Source of the DNA: Klebsiella pneumoniae
GTDB lineage: Bacteria; Pseudomonadota; Gammaproteobacteria; Eutrophobiales; Eutrophobiaceae
Length of the DNA: 64,000 bases
Direction of reading: 5' to 3'
Assembly (NCBI GenBank): GCA_945878555.1
Contig: CAMDWI010000007.1
Location: forward strand, 67,698 to 131,697
Shown: positions 1 to 10,140 of the stretch, in pieces
How positions within the stretch are numbered: position 1 is the first letter of the stretch
Layout: each line of letters begins with the position of its first letter
Position numbers and translations under genes: made by a program
Notes under the pieces: model-generated
Told to the model about the DNA's origin: nothing
Database searches by the model: none
Seen by the model: only the letters and a program-made list of their open reading frames with translations

Positions 1-142
1 TCGCCGTGTCCTTGTTGAGCCCGTGTATTTCGCCCCACTTTAATGGCAGATATTCGGTCCAGAAATAGTTATCGAAATGCAGGTCCAGCAGGGTGCCATC
101 CATATCCAGCAAGACGGTATCGATTTGATTCCATATAATCAC
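1..142 (-). CDS. HAD-family hydrolase, YrfG-like GMP/IMP nucleotidase. Only the N-terminal fragment is here; the gene runs off the window start.
   Basis: Minus-strand translation from GTG at 142 gives VIIWNQIDTVLLDMDGTLLDLHFDNYFWTEYLPLKWGEIHGLNKDTA. This carries the HAD motif I (DxDGTLxD) and closely resembles the E. coli YrfG N-terminus. Not in the ORF track because it is truncated. Confidence 0.5.
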   Translation of the reverse strand, partial: MIIWNQIDTVLLDMDGTLLDLHFDNYFWTEYLPLKWGEIHGLNKDTA

Positions 143-179
143 AATAGCAGCCACCCATTCATTGCCAGGACTCGTTGTT

Positions 180-1010
180 ATGGACAGTAATTTGCTTTCC
201 GGTCGTACACCGGCACATCTGTTGCCGGAAATCATCGGTATTGCCCGCGAGGCTTCCGCCGCCATACTCGAGGTTTATAACTCGGATTTTGCCTTTACCG
301 ACAAGGACGACCTGAGTCCGTTGACGGCTGCCGATATCGCCGCGCATAACACCATTTGCGCAGGGCTGGAAACACTGACACCCGGTATGCCCATTCTATC
401 AGAAGAGTCTGTCAGTTTGCCGTGGGCGGAGCGAAAAACCTGGAACACCTACTGGCTGGTCGACCCGCTGGACGGCACCCGCGAATTCATCAAACGTAAC
501 GGAGAGTTTACCGTCAATATTGCCCTGATTCATGAGCACAATCCGGTACTTGGAGTAGTGTATGTACCGGTGGATCACAGCTGTTATTTTGCCAGCATAG
601 ATCATGGTGCATGGAAGATGGACAATAATACAGCTATCTGCCGTATCCATACCCGCGCAACCGGCAGTGAACACATTATCGTTGCCGGCAGTCGCTCGCA
701 TGGCAGTGAACTGCAAAAACGGTTTTTTGAATCGCTGGGCCCGGCGACCGAAACGGTCATTATTGGCAGCTCACTGAAATTCTGCCTGCTCGCTGAAGGC
801 AAGATTGATATTTACCCACGCTTCGGACCAACCTCGGAATGGGACAGTGCCGCCGCCCATTGTGTAGTTGAGCAGGCTGGTGGCCGCGTGACAGACATGA
901 AGTTACAAACACTGCGTTATAATACGAAGGAATCCATCCTCAATCCGGATTTTCTGGTGATGGCTGACCCGCACTTTGACTGGCAGTCCCGTATCGAAAA
1001 ACTGTTATGA
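180..1010 (+). CDS. cysQ: 3'(2'),5'-bisphosphate nucleotidase CysQ (inositol monophosphatase family)
   Basis: ORF 162..1010. It contains the IMPase motifs WLVDPLDGTREF and VLGVVYVP and an N-terminus like CysQ (LLPEIIGIAREASAAILEVY). Start chosen at the second Met (MDSNLL), which is uncertain. Confidence 0.8.
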   Translation: MDSNLLSGRTPAHLLPEIIGIAREASAAILEVYNSDFAFTDKDDLSPLTAADIAAHNTICAGLETLTPGMPILSEESVSLPWAERKTWNTYWLVDPLDGTREFIKRNGEFTVNIALIHEHNPVLGVVYVPVDHSCYFASIDHGAWKMDNNTAICRIHTRATGSEHIIVAGSRSHGSELQKRFFESLGPATETVIIGSSLKFCLLAEGKIDIYPRFGPTSEWDSAAAHCVVEQAGGRVTDMKLQTLRYNTKESILNPDFLVMADPHFDWQSRIEKLL

Positions 1011-1369
1011 GCTTGTCACCTGTGATGAACCCGTTGCCGATTACCATCCTGTTACTGACTATCAGCAATGTCTTCATGACGTTTGCCTGGTACGCCCATC
1101 TGAAAGAACTGAATAACAAGCCCTGGATCATCGCCGCACTGATCAGCTGGGGTATCGCCCTGCTTGAATACCTGTTCCAGGTACCGGCGAACCGGATTGG
1201 GTATACCGTACTTGGTGTGGGCCAGCTGAAACTGCTGCAAGAAGTAATCACGCTGAGCGTGTTTGTGCCGTTTGCCTATTTTTACCTGAAAGAACCACTA
1301 AAACTGGATTATCTGTGGGCAGCCTTGTGTATCCTTGGCGCAGTTTTCTTCGTGTTCCGGAGCAAATGA
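1007..1369 (+). CDS. small DMT-superfamily membrane protein (DUF486-like)
   Basis: 120 aa with three to four predicted TM helices. Its ATGA start overlaps the cysQ stop. The sequence resembles the DUF486 DMT-like family; the family assignment is from memory. Confidence 0.55.
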   Translation: MSLSPVMNPLPITILLLTISNVFMTFAWYAHLKELNNKPWIIAALISWGIALLEYLFQVPANRIGYTVLGVGQLKLLQEVITLSVFVPFAYFYLKEPLKLDYLWAALCILGAVFFVFRSK

Positions 1370-1384
1370 TTTCGACAACAGGTG

Positions 1385-1987
1385 TTATTGCACGATATGT
1401 TCTTTTCCACATCCGGGAAAGTTTGAAATAAAATAATCCAGGCCATGCAGATGGATCTGGCTCTGATACATGCCGCGGTAATTCCTGACCAGACTGACGC
1501 CATCAATAACGAGGTCTACTACCTTCCAGCTATCGCCGGACTCCTCCATGGCATAATCAACAGGTAACGGAGCGCCACCGGCACGACTGATAATTTGCCT
1601 GACCTGGCGGTATCCCAGTTCACCTATCTCGCGAGAAGGTTCATAGCTGATACTGTGGTTATCGTAACTGAGCAGGATATAGGCATATCGTTCGACCAGC
1701 AGGTTACGGTAGCCTTCAATAAAGCAAGCCTGTGCATCTGCATCCAGGTCTTCCCAGTAGGTTCCCAGTACCAGTTGCCCCATCCGGTCAAAATCAAAAT
1801 GCGGGATCAGCATACCGTTGACCAGTTGCTGTATCACCTGGGGTTCCTTTTTTAACCTGTCCCGGTTCTGGTTAAGCTGATCCAGTATCGCGCTGGTGGT
1901 CGACCTGACCACATCCTCATCCGTTGCCGCCTGTGAGCACGGTGCCACTACCAGCAGTAACACCAGCGCCAGCGTATACAATTTCAT
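1385..1987 (-). CDS. mlaC: MlaC/Ttg2D-family periplasmic phospholipid-binding protein
   Basis: Signal peptide MKLYTLALVLLLVVAPCSQA followed by a Tgt2/MlaC-like body (YAMEESGDSWKVVDLVIDGVSLVRNYRGMYQSQI). Start taken at MKLY rather than the upstream Met. Confidence 0.6.
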   Translation of the reverse strand: MKLYTLALVLLLVVAPCSQAATDEDVVRSTTSAILDQLNQNRDRLKKEPQVIQQLVNGMLIPHFDFDRMGQLVLGTYWEDLDADAQACFIEGYRNLLVERYAYILLSYDNHSISYEPSREIGELGYRQVRQIISRAGGAPLPVDYAMEESGDSWKVVDLVIDGVSLVRNYRGMYQSQIHLHGLDYFISNFPGCGKEHIVQ

Positions 1988-2045
1988 CTGTAAGCTCCTG
2001 TTTAATATCATGTTCTATTATCCCTGTAATTCCAGGCAACACAGT

Positions 2046-2059
2046 TTGATCAAGATCAA
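2046..2059. promoter_or_regulatory. FNR/ANR-type binding site (TTGATcaagATCAA) upstream of uspA
   Basis: Perfect TTGAT-N4-ATCAA palindrome about 70 nt upstream of the usp ATG. A TAGTAT/GATAGT -10-like hexamer lies roughly 30 nt downstream of the box centre, consistent with a class II FNR promoter. Confidence 0.45.
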
Positions 2060-2122
2060 GAATATTTTTTATCCCTGGATGATAGTATATTCTACGCCTA
2101 TCAAACATACAGGTATCAACTC

Positions 2123-2575
2123 ATGGCACACTACAAACGTTTGCTCGTTGCAGTAGATTTCTCAGACCAGTCCGTACGCGCCCTGCAGACCGCCCGTGAC
2201 CTCGGGAAACGCCTGAATGCCTCGCTTGAAATTGTACACTTCGTACCCATCCGTATTATCGGTATTGATATGGAGGGGATGGAAGCCGAGGCAAGTTATA
2301 TCGAGGAACTGCACAAGAGCGATCTGGAAGAGGCACGCCCGAAGCTGGATGCCTTTGTAAAACAGCATACAGCCACGGATGATGATGTAACACATCATCT
2401 GTATTCGGGGGAGGCCTCGGTCGAGATCAATAACAAGGCGAAGGAAACCGGTGCCGATATGATCATCATCGGTACACATGGCCGCTCCGGTCTGAAACAT
2501 ATCCTGCTTGGCAGTGTGGCCGAAAGCGTGCTGCGTACTGCCGACCTGCCTGTCCTGTGTGTACGTAGCGTCTGA
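2123..2575 (+). CDS. universal stress protein (UspA family)
   Basis: 150 aa. Usp fold motifs: RLLVAVDFSDQS near the N-terminus and IIIGTHGRSGLKHILLGSVAESVLRTADLPVLCV near the C-terminus. Confidence 0.85.
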   Translation: MAHYKRLLVAVDFSDQSVRALQTARDLGKRLNASLEIVHFVPIRIIGIDMEGMEAEASYIEELHKSDLEEARPKLDAFVKQHTATDDDVTHHLYSGEASVEINNKAKETGADMIIIGTHGRSGLKHILLGSVAESVLRTADLPVLCVRSV

Positions 2576-2676
2576 TCACCCTGCACATAACCGGCGATTC
2601 AACTGCCAGTCCGGAACCGGCATCCGGTTTATACTGTCTATCTGATCACTTACATTAATACAGGTAACCCGGCACC

Positions 2677-3693
2677 ATGACCTCATTTGACCCCGACAAC
2701 GGCCCCCGTTCCAGCCTGACAACAAAACTGGGACTGATCACCATCTCGGTATTGCTGCTGGTGATGTGTGTGCTGATGTTTTACTGGGGCCGTGAACCGG
2801 GTCCGTTTGAACCGGGCGAGGCTGCACGGGCCATGAGCGGTCAGACCAGCGAACCGGTCAAGGGTTATGTCACCACAGCGACGCTGATCCGGGTGGCAGA
2901 GACCTTGCTGGACAAGCCCGGAGGTTACCTCAGCAACGATATCGCCCCACCCGGCCTGTTTATGGATAACCTGCCCAACTGGGAGTTTGGTGTCGTCACC
3001 CAGATACGCGATCTGGCCCGCGCACTACGCAATGACTTCAGCCGATCGCAGACCCAGTCAACAGAGGATCAGGACCTGTCGTTTGCTGATCCTTACTTTC
3101 ATTACGATACCGATTCCTGGATTTTTCCCTCCACCGAGAGTGAATACCGCAACGGTATCAGTTCATTGCGCAGTTATTTGTCACGCCTGGCGAACGAGCG
3201 CGAGCCGGACGCCCAGTTTTATGCCCGTGCCGACAATCTGCGCGACTGGTTGTCGATAGTCGAAAAGCGCCTCGGCAGCCTGTCACAACGTTTGTCAGCC
3301 AGCGTTGGTCAGCCACGTATCAATATCGATCTGCAGGGCGACCCGATGGCTGCACAATCGTCTGACCGCGGTGCGGAGATTATGGTAATGACACCCTGGC
3401 TGGAGCTGGACGATGTATTTTACGAGGCCCGTGGTTCCACCTGGGCACTGATCCATTTTCTACGCGCAATTGAAATTGATCTGAATGACGTACTGGAAGA
3501 CAAGAATGCGCTGGTCAGCCTGCGCCAGATCATTCGTGAACTGGAAGGCACACAGGAACCGATGTGGAGTCCGATTATCATGAACGGCACCGGCTTTGGC
3601 ATCTTCGCCAACCATTCACTGGTAATGGCCTCATACATCTCGCGTGCGAACGCTGCGATTATCGACCTGCGCAGCCTGCTGTCACAGGGGTAA
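2677..3693 (+). CDS. hypothetical protein with an N-terminal membrane anchor (possibly DUF2333 family)
   Basis: 338 aa with a single N-terminal TM helix (LGLITISVLLLVMCVLMFYW) and no recognisable catalytic motif. It sits immediately downstream of, and convergent with, msbA. Family name is from memory only. Confidence 0.5.
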   Translation: MTSFDPDNGPRSSLTTKLGLITISVLLLVMCVLMFYWGREPGPFEPGEAARAMSGQTSEPVKGYVTTATLIRVAETLLDKPGGYLSNDIAPPGLFMDNLPNWEFGVVTQIRDLARALRNDFSRSQTQSTEDQDLSFADPYFHYDTDSWIFPSTESEYRNGISSLRSYLSRLANEREPDAQFYARADNLRDWLSIVEKRLGSLSQRLSASVGQPRINIDLQGDPMAAQSSDRGAEIMVMTPWLELDDVFYEARGSTWALIHFLRAIEIDLNDVLEDKNALVSLRQIIRELEGTQEPMWSPIIMNGTGFGIFANHSLVMASYISRANAAIIDLRSLLSQG

Positions 3694-3694
3694 G

Positions 3695-5452
3695 CTAACT
3701 GAACACTGCTTCCCGGTTTGAATAAAGCCGGGAATACGGCCCGTTGTTCTTGATTAATTCGGCGTGACTGCCAGACTCTACTATTCTGCCATTCGCCAAC
3801 ACAATAATCCGATCGGCTGATTCGATAGTGGTCAGCCGGTGGGCGATAATGATGCAGGTATGACGGTGACGGATCTCCTCCAGTGCCTGCTGGATGTTCC
3901 GCTCCGATTCAGCATCAAGTGCCGAGGTTGCCTCATCAAGCAACAGAACCGGGGCATTCTTTAACAAGGCACGGGCCAGCGCTATACGCTGGCGCTGACC
4001 GCCGGACAGGCGGGCACCATTCTCACCCAGCATGGTCTGCATACCATCCGGCAACTTTTCAATAAAATCGAGTGCGTGTGCCGCACGGGCGGCGGTCTGC
4101 ACCTCGGCATCGGACGCGTCCTTCATGCTGCCGTAGGCGATATTGTTCCTGACCGTATCGTTAAACAGCACGATATCCTGACTGACAAGCGCAACACCGC
4201 TGCGCAGTGAGGTGAGCGTGGTGTTGCAGATGTCCTGTCCGTCTATCCGTATGGTGCCGGTGCTGTGCTGGTAGAAACGGGGAATCAGATTTGCCAGCGT
4301 GGTCTTGCCGCTACCGGAGGCCCCGACCAGCGCGATCGTCTCACCCGGCTTGATGTCGAGATTGATGTCGTCCAGTACCACATTGGTACCATCATACGAA
4401 AATCCCAGATGCTCTATCGTGATGGCCCCGGCGCCCACCCCGGCCTGACTGATGCCGGTATCGTGCTCGGCCGGCTCATCCAACAATTCAAACACACTCT
4501 CGCAGGCGGCCAGGCCCTTCTGGATAAACTCGTTCACCTTGACCAGCCGCCGCAACGCATCGAGCATCATGACCAGCGCAGCAAAAAACGACACAAACGT
4601 ACCGACTGTCAATTGCCCGCTTGCCGCCTGGCTACTGGCGTAATAGATGATGACTGCGAGCGCGATGGCCGCGATCAACTGGATTGCCGGTCCGCTGGCG
4701 ACCGAGGCATTTACAAACTTCATCGTGTACTTGCGGTTTGCCTCGGCAACGCGGTTGAACTTGTCAGTCTCGTATTGCTGACCGGCGAACAGCTTGATGA
4801 TGCGGTGTGCACCGATGGACTCGTCGACAATACTGGTCATATCACCCATCGTCTGCTGCACCTGCTTGCTCATCTTGCGCAGTCGACGGCGTATCGTAAT
4901 TGCGATGATCATGATAAACGGACCACCGACCAACGTGATCAAAGTCATCCGCCAGTCCAGATAAAACATCCACACCAGCAGGCCGATTACGACGAACGCA
5001 TCCTTGATCATGACCGTCAGTGCACTGGTCGTCGCCTCCTTGATCTGGGTCACGTCGTAGGTAAATTTTGACACCAGGCTACCGGCGGTACGGGTATCGT
5101 AAAACCGGCTTGGTAATTCCAGCAGGCAGGCGAACATCTGCGCACGGATATCAAGCACGACACTGTTCGCCACCCAGTGCAAAGCGGAACCTGCCACAAT
5201 CATCGCAATTCCGCTGACGATAAACAGCAGGATGAGGTAAAGCGGGATTGAGGTCATCAGATCCGGATCCTTGCCGATAAACGCACCATCGAGCATCGGC
5301 TTTAATATGGCCGCTTTCGCTGCATCGGCCAGTGCCAGCACCAGCATCGCCAGCAGGGAGGCGACCAGCATACCGCGATACGGCACGACATAGCCGAGCA
5401 GACGTCGGTACAGACGCGCGTCCTGCGGTGAGCCAGCTAACAGTTCTATCAT
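3695..5452 (-). CDS. msbA: lipid A export ABC transporter MsbA (fused permease/ATPase)
   Basis: 585 aa. Six-TM N-terminal domain, Walker A GASGSGKTT, ABC signature LSGGQRQRIALARALL and Walker B VLLLDEATSALD. Confidence 0.85.
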   Translation of the reverse strand: MIELLAGSPQDARLYRRLLGYVVPYRGMLVASLLAMLVLALADAAKAAILKPMLDGAFIGKDPDLMTSIPLYLILLFIVSGIAMIVAGSALHWVANSVVLDIRAQMFACLLELPSRFYDTRTAGSLVSKFTYDVTQIKEATTSALTVMIKDAFVVIGLLVWMFYLDWRMTLITLVGGPFIMIIAITIRRRLRKMSKQVQQTMGDMTSIVDESIGAHRIIKLFAGQQYETDKFNRVAEANRKYTMKFVNASVASGPAIQLIAAIALAVIIYYASSQAASGQLTVGTFVSFFAALVMMLDALRRLVKVNEFIQKGLAACESVFELLDEPAEHDTGISQAGVGAGAITIEHLGFSYDGTNVVLDDINLDIKPGETIALVGASGSGKTTLANLIPRFYQHSTGTIRIDGQDICNTTLTSLRSGVALVSQDIVLFNDTVRNNIAYGSMKDASDAEVQTAARAAHALDFIEKLPDGMQTMLGENGARLSGGQRQRIALARALLKNAPVLLLDEATSALDAESERNIQQALEEIRHRHTCIIIAHRLTTIESADRIIVLANGRIVESGSHAELIKNNGPYSRLYSNREAVFS

Positions 5453-5724
5453 TCAGAATATCCGGTTTTTTTTTGTTCCAATCAAGGCAGCGGCATCCTG
5501 TTTTGCCCGTAGTAACCAGGATAGCGACATTATAATGGCTGGGGTGGTGCGCCCGCTGCGAATTACTCGGCCGGGGGCTGGGCTCCTTCAGCTGCCTTTA
5601 AGCATAATAACGATGATATGATATTATCATTTATAAATCATACTGTCCGTCGCGGCAGTGAATGGCAACTGGCCATGATTCCCGACCCTGTTCAGGAACT
5701 GTTTTCAATCAGGAAGAACCAGAC

Positions 5725-6594
5725 ATGTCTAAAGCACACCCTATCGTAGCCGTCACCGGTTCGTCCGGCGCAGGCACCTCCAATGTCCGGCTCGCGTTTG
5801 AGCAGATTTTCCGCCGCCTCGGTATCACCCCGGCAGTCATTGAAGGCGACAGCTTTCACCGCTACGACCGCCACCAGATGGAAATCGAGCGTGGCAAGGC
5901 CGCCTTGCTTGGCAAACAAATCACCCATTTTGGTCCCGAGGGTAACCTGTTTGAGGAGCTGGAAGGCCTGTTTCGCCAATATGCCGAAAATGGTACTGGC
6001 AGACGCCGCTATTACGTGCATAACGAAGTCAGCGCGGTCTACCATAATTCCCCGCCCGGCACATTGACTCAGTGGGAAGCGCTCCCGGAACCGACCGACC
6101 TGTTGTTTTACGAAGGACTGCACGGCGGACTGCTAACAGAAACAGTCAACGTGACCCGGTATGTCGACCTGCTGATTGGCGTGGTACCGATCATCAATCT
6201 TGAATGGATGCAGAAGATTCACCGTGACCAGGAAGTACGCGGCTACACCGCCGAGAGCGCCACCCGCATGATCCTGGACCGCATGCACGACTACGTACAC
6301 TACATCACCCCGCAATTCTCACGCACCGACATCAACTTTCAGCGCATCCCGCTTGTCGACACCTCGAACCCGTTTGCCACCGAACGTGTTCCGACCAATG
6401 ACGAAAGCTTTTCTGTAATCCATGTCCGCAACCCGGAAAAATTGAACGTCGACTTTCGTTACCTGCTGGAGATGCTGGTCGGCTCATTCATGTCGACCCC
6501 GGACACGATCGTCGTCCCGGCCGGCAAACAAATCTTTGCAATGCAGTTGATCATTAATCCGGTGATATCGAGAATGCTGAAGGCGAGGGAGTGA
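5725..6594 (+). CDS. prk: phosphoribulokinase
   Basis: N-terminal P-loop IVAVTGSSGAGTSNV and the PRK-family body. Start set at MSKAHP, which has an AGGAAG ribosome-binding site upstream, rather than the upstream Met of the track ORF. Confidence 0.85.
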   Translation: MSKAHPIVAVTGSSGAGTSNVRLAFEQIFRRLGITPAVIEGDSFHRYDRHQMEIERGKAALLGKQITHFGPEGNLFEELEGLFRQYAENGTGRRRYYVHNEVSAVYHNSPPGTLTQWEALPEPTDLLFYEGLHGGLLTETVNVTRYVDLLIGVVPIINLEWMQKIHRDQEVRGYTAESATRMILDRMHDYVHYITPQFSRTDINFQRIPLVDTSNPFATERVPTNDESFSVIHVRNPEKLNVDFRYLLEMLVGSFMSTPDTIVVPAGKQIFAMQLIINPVISRMLKARE

Positions 6595-7050
6595 ATCATC
6601 AACATGCCACTTTCTATCACAATCTAAACCTGATTTCGGGTGTCATCTACGGTTATCGGGTGCCAGCGATCGAAAATCCATTAACCTTCAGGTCAATATC
6701 TTGACAAGATGGTATCTGAACGCGTGAAAGGCCAAACATGTGAAAAAATATTACGGGTTAGGTAAGAGGAGCATGCATCCATGAACGCGAATTTGATTTG
6801 AAACATGGCGGAAGTTACGCTCATGGACACTCTGCCTTTTCCAGAAGTAATTGGAAATTAGATCAAGGAGAGGGCCCAGGTCGATTAGGTATCCCTTACT
6901 TTTCCTTCTACAGAGCAGACGGCGGGGTCGTATTCACACCATTAGCCCTTGAAGGATTACCCGCTGTAACAGCTGACTATAATGACGGGTCGGAGACGAA
7001 TGAGATTCACTTGTCTCCGACCCTACCCTCTACCTTTAGACGTCTTCTGG

Positions 7051-10000
7051 CTATTTAAAGAAATACTGGAATCGCACACCATAGCCCCGGAAGCTGGCCT
7101 TGCTGATGCCCCTGTCATCAGTAAAGACTATACCTGCACGGGTCAAGTCGTATTCCTGGTTGTAAACGATACGGTCTTCCATCAGGTTTCGGACATAGGC
7201 TGCAAACTGCCAGGTACCCTCCTGAGGCCCAAATCCTGCCATCAGGTTGGCATCCCAATGGCCGGCATTATACATGCGCGACCTGTCCATGACGTCCGCC
7301 AGTACTGTCTTTTCGTCCTCGATATAACCCTGTGCGTTCAGCATCAACTCATAATCATCCATGATTGGCATGGTATAGGTGGCGCCTAGCACAATCTTGT
7401 AGTCCGGTGCGAAGGCCGGCTCCAGACCAGCGCGGTTGAATGTGAACTCTTCACCAATGGATGAATCACCAGCAGCAAACTCGGCTGTGTCTGCAAGACG
7501 GCAACCACCATTCGCCAGCAATTCCTCGGGTATTTCCGAGGCAGATGGCAAGGTATCCGCCAGCTCAGCCATATTGTCCAGTACGTCATTGGCATTAGCA
7601 AGTTCAGCCGCTGTCCGTCCCGCCGGGTTCTCCAGCGCAACGATTGAAGCCGCAACAATCTCGGAGTTGGTACACCCTGTACCATCAAACTCACCATACC
7701 TGGCATTCATGAGCGAACCTGCGAAATTGAACACCAGCCTGTCTGTTACAGCCATGTCAAAGTTCAGTTCCATACCATCCACCTTGACACTGCCTGCATT
7801 CAGGCTGAGTCCTTGCTGATCAATGACATCATTCGGGTCAAAATCAGACACGGCGGCCTCGGCCTGCAGGTCAGTAAACCGGGTCATATGACCTGTAATA
7901 CTGTAACGTGCGCGTCCATCCACCAGACTACCTCTGGCCCCAAGTTCATAAGACTTGGAATACTCCGGGGTAAAGTAGATTTCATCAATGCTGGTCGGGA
8001 GTGTCGATGTGCCGGTATCCGTTACAGGCCCCTTGAAACCTTCGGCATATTTACCATAGAAGGTATGATTGCTGTCAAATCTGCCACCTTTAGGTGTAAA
8101 GCTGAGAACAACCTGGGATGCATAATCGGTCGCGCCCTGGTCGATATCATCAACACATGTATCACAACTCCCAAACGGACCACCGGCGTTTGTATAGACC
8201 GGCGCTGTCAGACCAACAGCCGAGGCCCCGGCCCCTCTCCAGTTGAGCGGTACCGGAGTTCGCACGTTCCACTGCAGATGGGTCCACAGATTATTCGTGT
8301 TGGCGCCCTCGATGAATATCCTCGGACTATCAACTCGAATCTGACGCTGTAACCGTTGCGTAGCGCTACCTGTGGTGGCACCCTTACCAGTCACCGGATC
8401 AACAATGGTGAACGCGGTCAGATTCGTATGTACCCGCTTGAAGTCCGGGTCAATTGTACAGGTTGCCGGGTCTGAGTCAGTCCCGTTCGAATCACAGGGT
8501 ATCTGATCAAATATCAATGCAGCGCCATAACCTTGCAGGAAGACATCCTTGTGGACATCGGAGTAACGCCCACCAAACTGCAAAGAAACCTGTTCATCCA
8601 TAAATTTCAGGTCCATACCCCAGAAAGCGGACTTGAAATCAGCGTCTTCCCAGATAAAGTTCATACGCTGACCCCGACGCAGGATTGCCCTGATATTGCT
8701 GACCATGACGTCCTTGTCCCATTGCTGGTAGTAGGCGCCTGCCATGAAATTCATGTTTATGCCGCCGACATTATAACCATCAGCCGGACCTTCCAGTCGG
8801 AGCTGCTGACTATGCTGGTCCATATTGGTTCGGCGGAACTGGTTGCTATCGGCAAAGATACCATCACCACTGTCGGCATTGGCATCTCGTTGAAACTTCA
8901 CGAAGGCCGATTGCGAATTTATGGTCCAGCCATTGGCAAACTCATATGTTGCATCAATGAGGGTATGATAGGAATCCACGTCATCGTGGCCGTTATAGCC
9001 CTTGCCGTCGAGACCGTCTATACCCATTACGCCAATCTCTTCCACGTTATCAACGGAATGAAACGCATTCATTACCGCCCCGGCATCCACATATCCATCA
9101 AATACTGAACTGAGGCCACTCTTGGCGATATTGGTTATAATCGGTTTGGTCCAGGGGCCGTTACGGCTGATCCCGTATTCATCCTCAAAGCAGTCCTTGC
9201 CCGTGTATTTCGGGTCAAATTGAACGATTCCGAGCTGACCGCTATTCGAGAGTCCGCCCGCGCTGGCAGGTACGTAGACAGCAGTCTGCTGGCCCGCATC
9301 CGGTGACCCGGGCGTAACGCCGTTAATAGTCGCATCGGACCATCCACGCACACTGCCTTCTGCGATACAACCCGAGCCTAACTCGCCACCATTGCGCTGG
9401 CGGTTGATCTCGAACTTGGTCAGGATATTCCAGCTTTCATTTGGTTGCCACTCAAGCATGGCTCGACCACCGAGTGAATCAAACCGGGGAAACTTCGAAT
9501 CGGTCAGACGGTGTTTTAAAAGACCATCCAGCTTGTCATAACTGGCAGCTACACGGAATCCCAGGGTGTCCGTTATGGGGCCACTAAACATTCCGAACAA
9601 TTCACGTTTACCGTCGTTACCAAACTCACTGGCTACCTCACCCTCGAATTCTGCTGTGGGTCTTTTGCTGGCGATGTTAAATGCACCGGCACTGGCATCC
9701 ATACCAAAATGCAAAGGCTGCGGTCCCATCAGGACCTCGACACGATCAGTATCCATAAAAGCATTTTTGACCATTTCGAGTGAGCCGAAATGTATGCCAT
9801 CAACGAATATCGGGGTGGCAGACTGCAGTGTCATAGAATTGCCTGAAGTACCGAAACCACGAATGGTGGTATTTTGCCCGGAGGTTCCGTCCGACATATG
9901 GACAGATGCTGACATTCTTGCCAGATCGTCCAGATTTTTAAACCCCTGTAATTCGATCTGTTCCCCACTAAAAACAGCGACAGATACCGGCACTTCCTGC

Positions 10001-10140
10001 AAGGACTGTTCGCGGCGCTGAGCTGTAACTACAATCTCCTCCAGTTCCTGTGCATATATATTGATGGAGACGACAGTTGATGCAGCTAGCGTCGCAATTA
10101 CTATCGAATTAAGACTCGATTGTTTACTCTTTACAGCCAT
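7051..10140 (-). CDS. TonB-dependent outer-membrane receptor, unusually large at 1029 aa
   Basis: Signal peptide MAVKSKQSSLNSIVIATLAASTVVSINIYAQE. TonB-box/plug region (EEIVVTAQRREQSLQEVPVSV...VEVLMGPQ) and a long beta-barrel body ending in an aromatic-rich C-terminus. Confidence 0.8.
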   Translation of the reverse strand: MAVKSKQSSLNSIVIATLAASTVVSINIYAQELEEIVVTAQRREQSLQEVPVSVAVFSGEQIELQGFKNLDDLARMSASVHMSDGTSGQNTTIRGFGTSGNSMTLQSATPIFVDGIHFGSLEMVKNAFMDTDRVEVLMGPQPLHFGMDASAGAFNIASKRPTAEFEGEVASEFGNDGKRELFGMFSGPITDTLGFRVAASYDKLDGLLKHRLTDSKFPRFDSLGGRAMLEWQPNESWNILTKFEINRQRNGGELGSGCIAEGSVRGWSDATINGVTPGSPDAGQQTAVYVPASAGGLSNSGQLGIVQFDPKYTGKDCFEDEYGISRNGPWTKPIITNIAKSGLSSVFDGYVDAGAVMNAFHSVDNVEEIGVMGIDGLDGKGYNGHDDVDSYHTLIDATYEFANGWTINSQSAFVKFQRDANADSGDGIFADSNQFRRTNMDQHSQQLRLEGPADGYNVGGINMNFMAGAYYQQWDKDVMVSNIRAILRRGQRMNFIWEDADFKSAFWGMDLKFMDEQVSLQFGGRYSDVHKDVFLQGYGAALIFDQIPCDSNGTDSDPATCTIDPDFKRVHTNLTAFTIVDPVTGKGATTGSATQRLQRQIRVDSPRIFIEGANTNNLWTHLQWNVRTPVPLNWRGAGASAVGLTAPVYTNAGGPFGSCDTCVDDIDQGATDYASQVVLSFTPKGGRFDSNHTFYGKYAEGFKGPVTDTGTSTLPTSIDEIYFTPEYSKSYELGARGSLVDGRARYSITGHMTRFTDLQAEAAVSDFDPNDVIDQQGLSLNAGSVKVDGMELNFDMAVTDRLVFNFAGSLMNARYGEFDGTGCTNSEIVAASIVALENPAGRTAAELANANDVLDNMAELADTLPSASEIPEELLANGGCRLADTAEFAAGDSSIGEEFTFNRAGLEPAFAPDYKIVLGATYTMPIMDDYELMLNAQGYIEDEKTVLADVMDRSRMYNAGHWDANLMAGFGPQEGTWQFAAYVRNLMEDRIVYNQEYDLTRAGIVFTDDRGISKASFRGYGVRFQYFFK

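Noticed and set aside
4265-5071. 268-aa plus-strand ORF
   Set aside because: Entirely antisense to msbA. Arg/Gln/Asp-rich composition typical of a GC-rich antisense frame.
7813-9108. 179-aa and 191-aa plus-strand ORFs
   Set aside because: Both lie inside and antisense to the 1029-aa TonB-dependent receptor gene.
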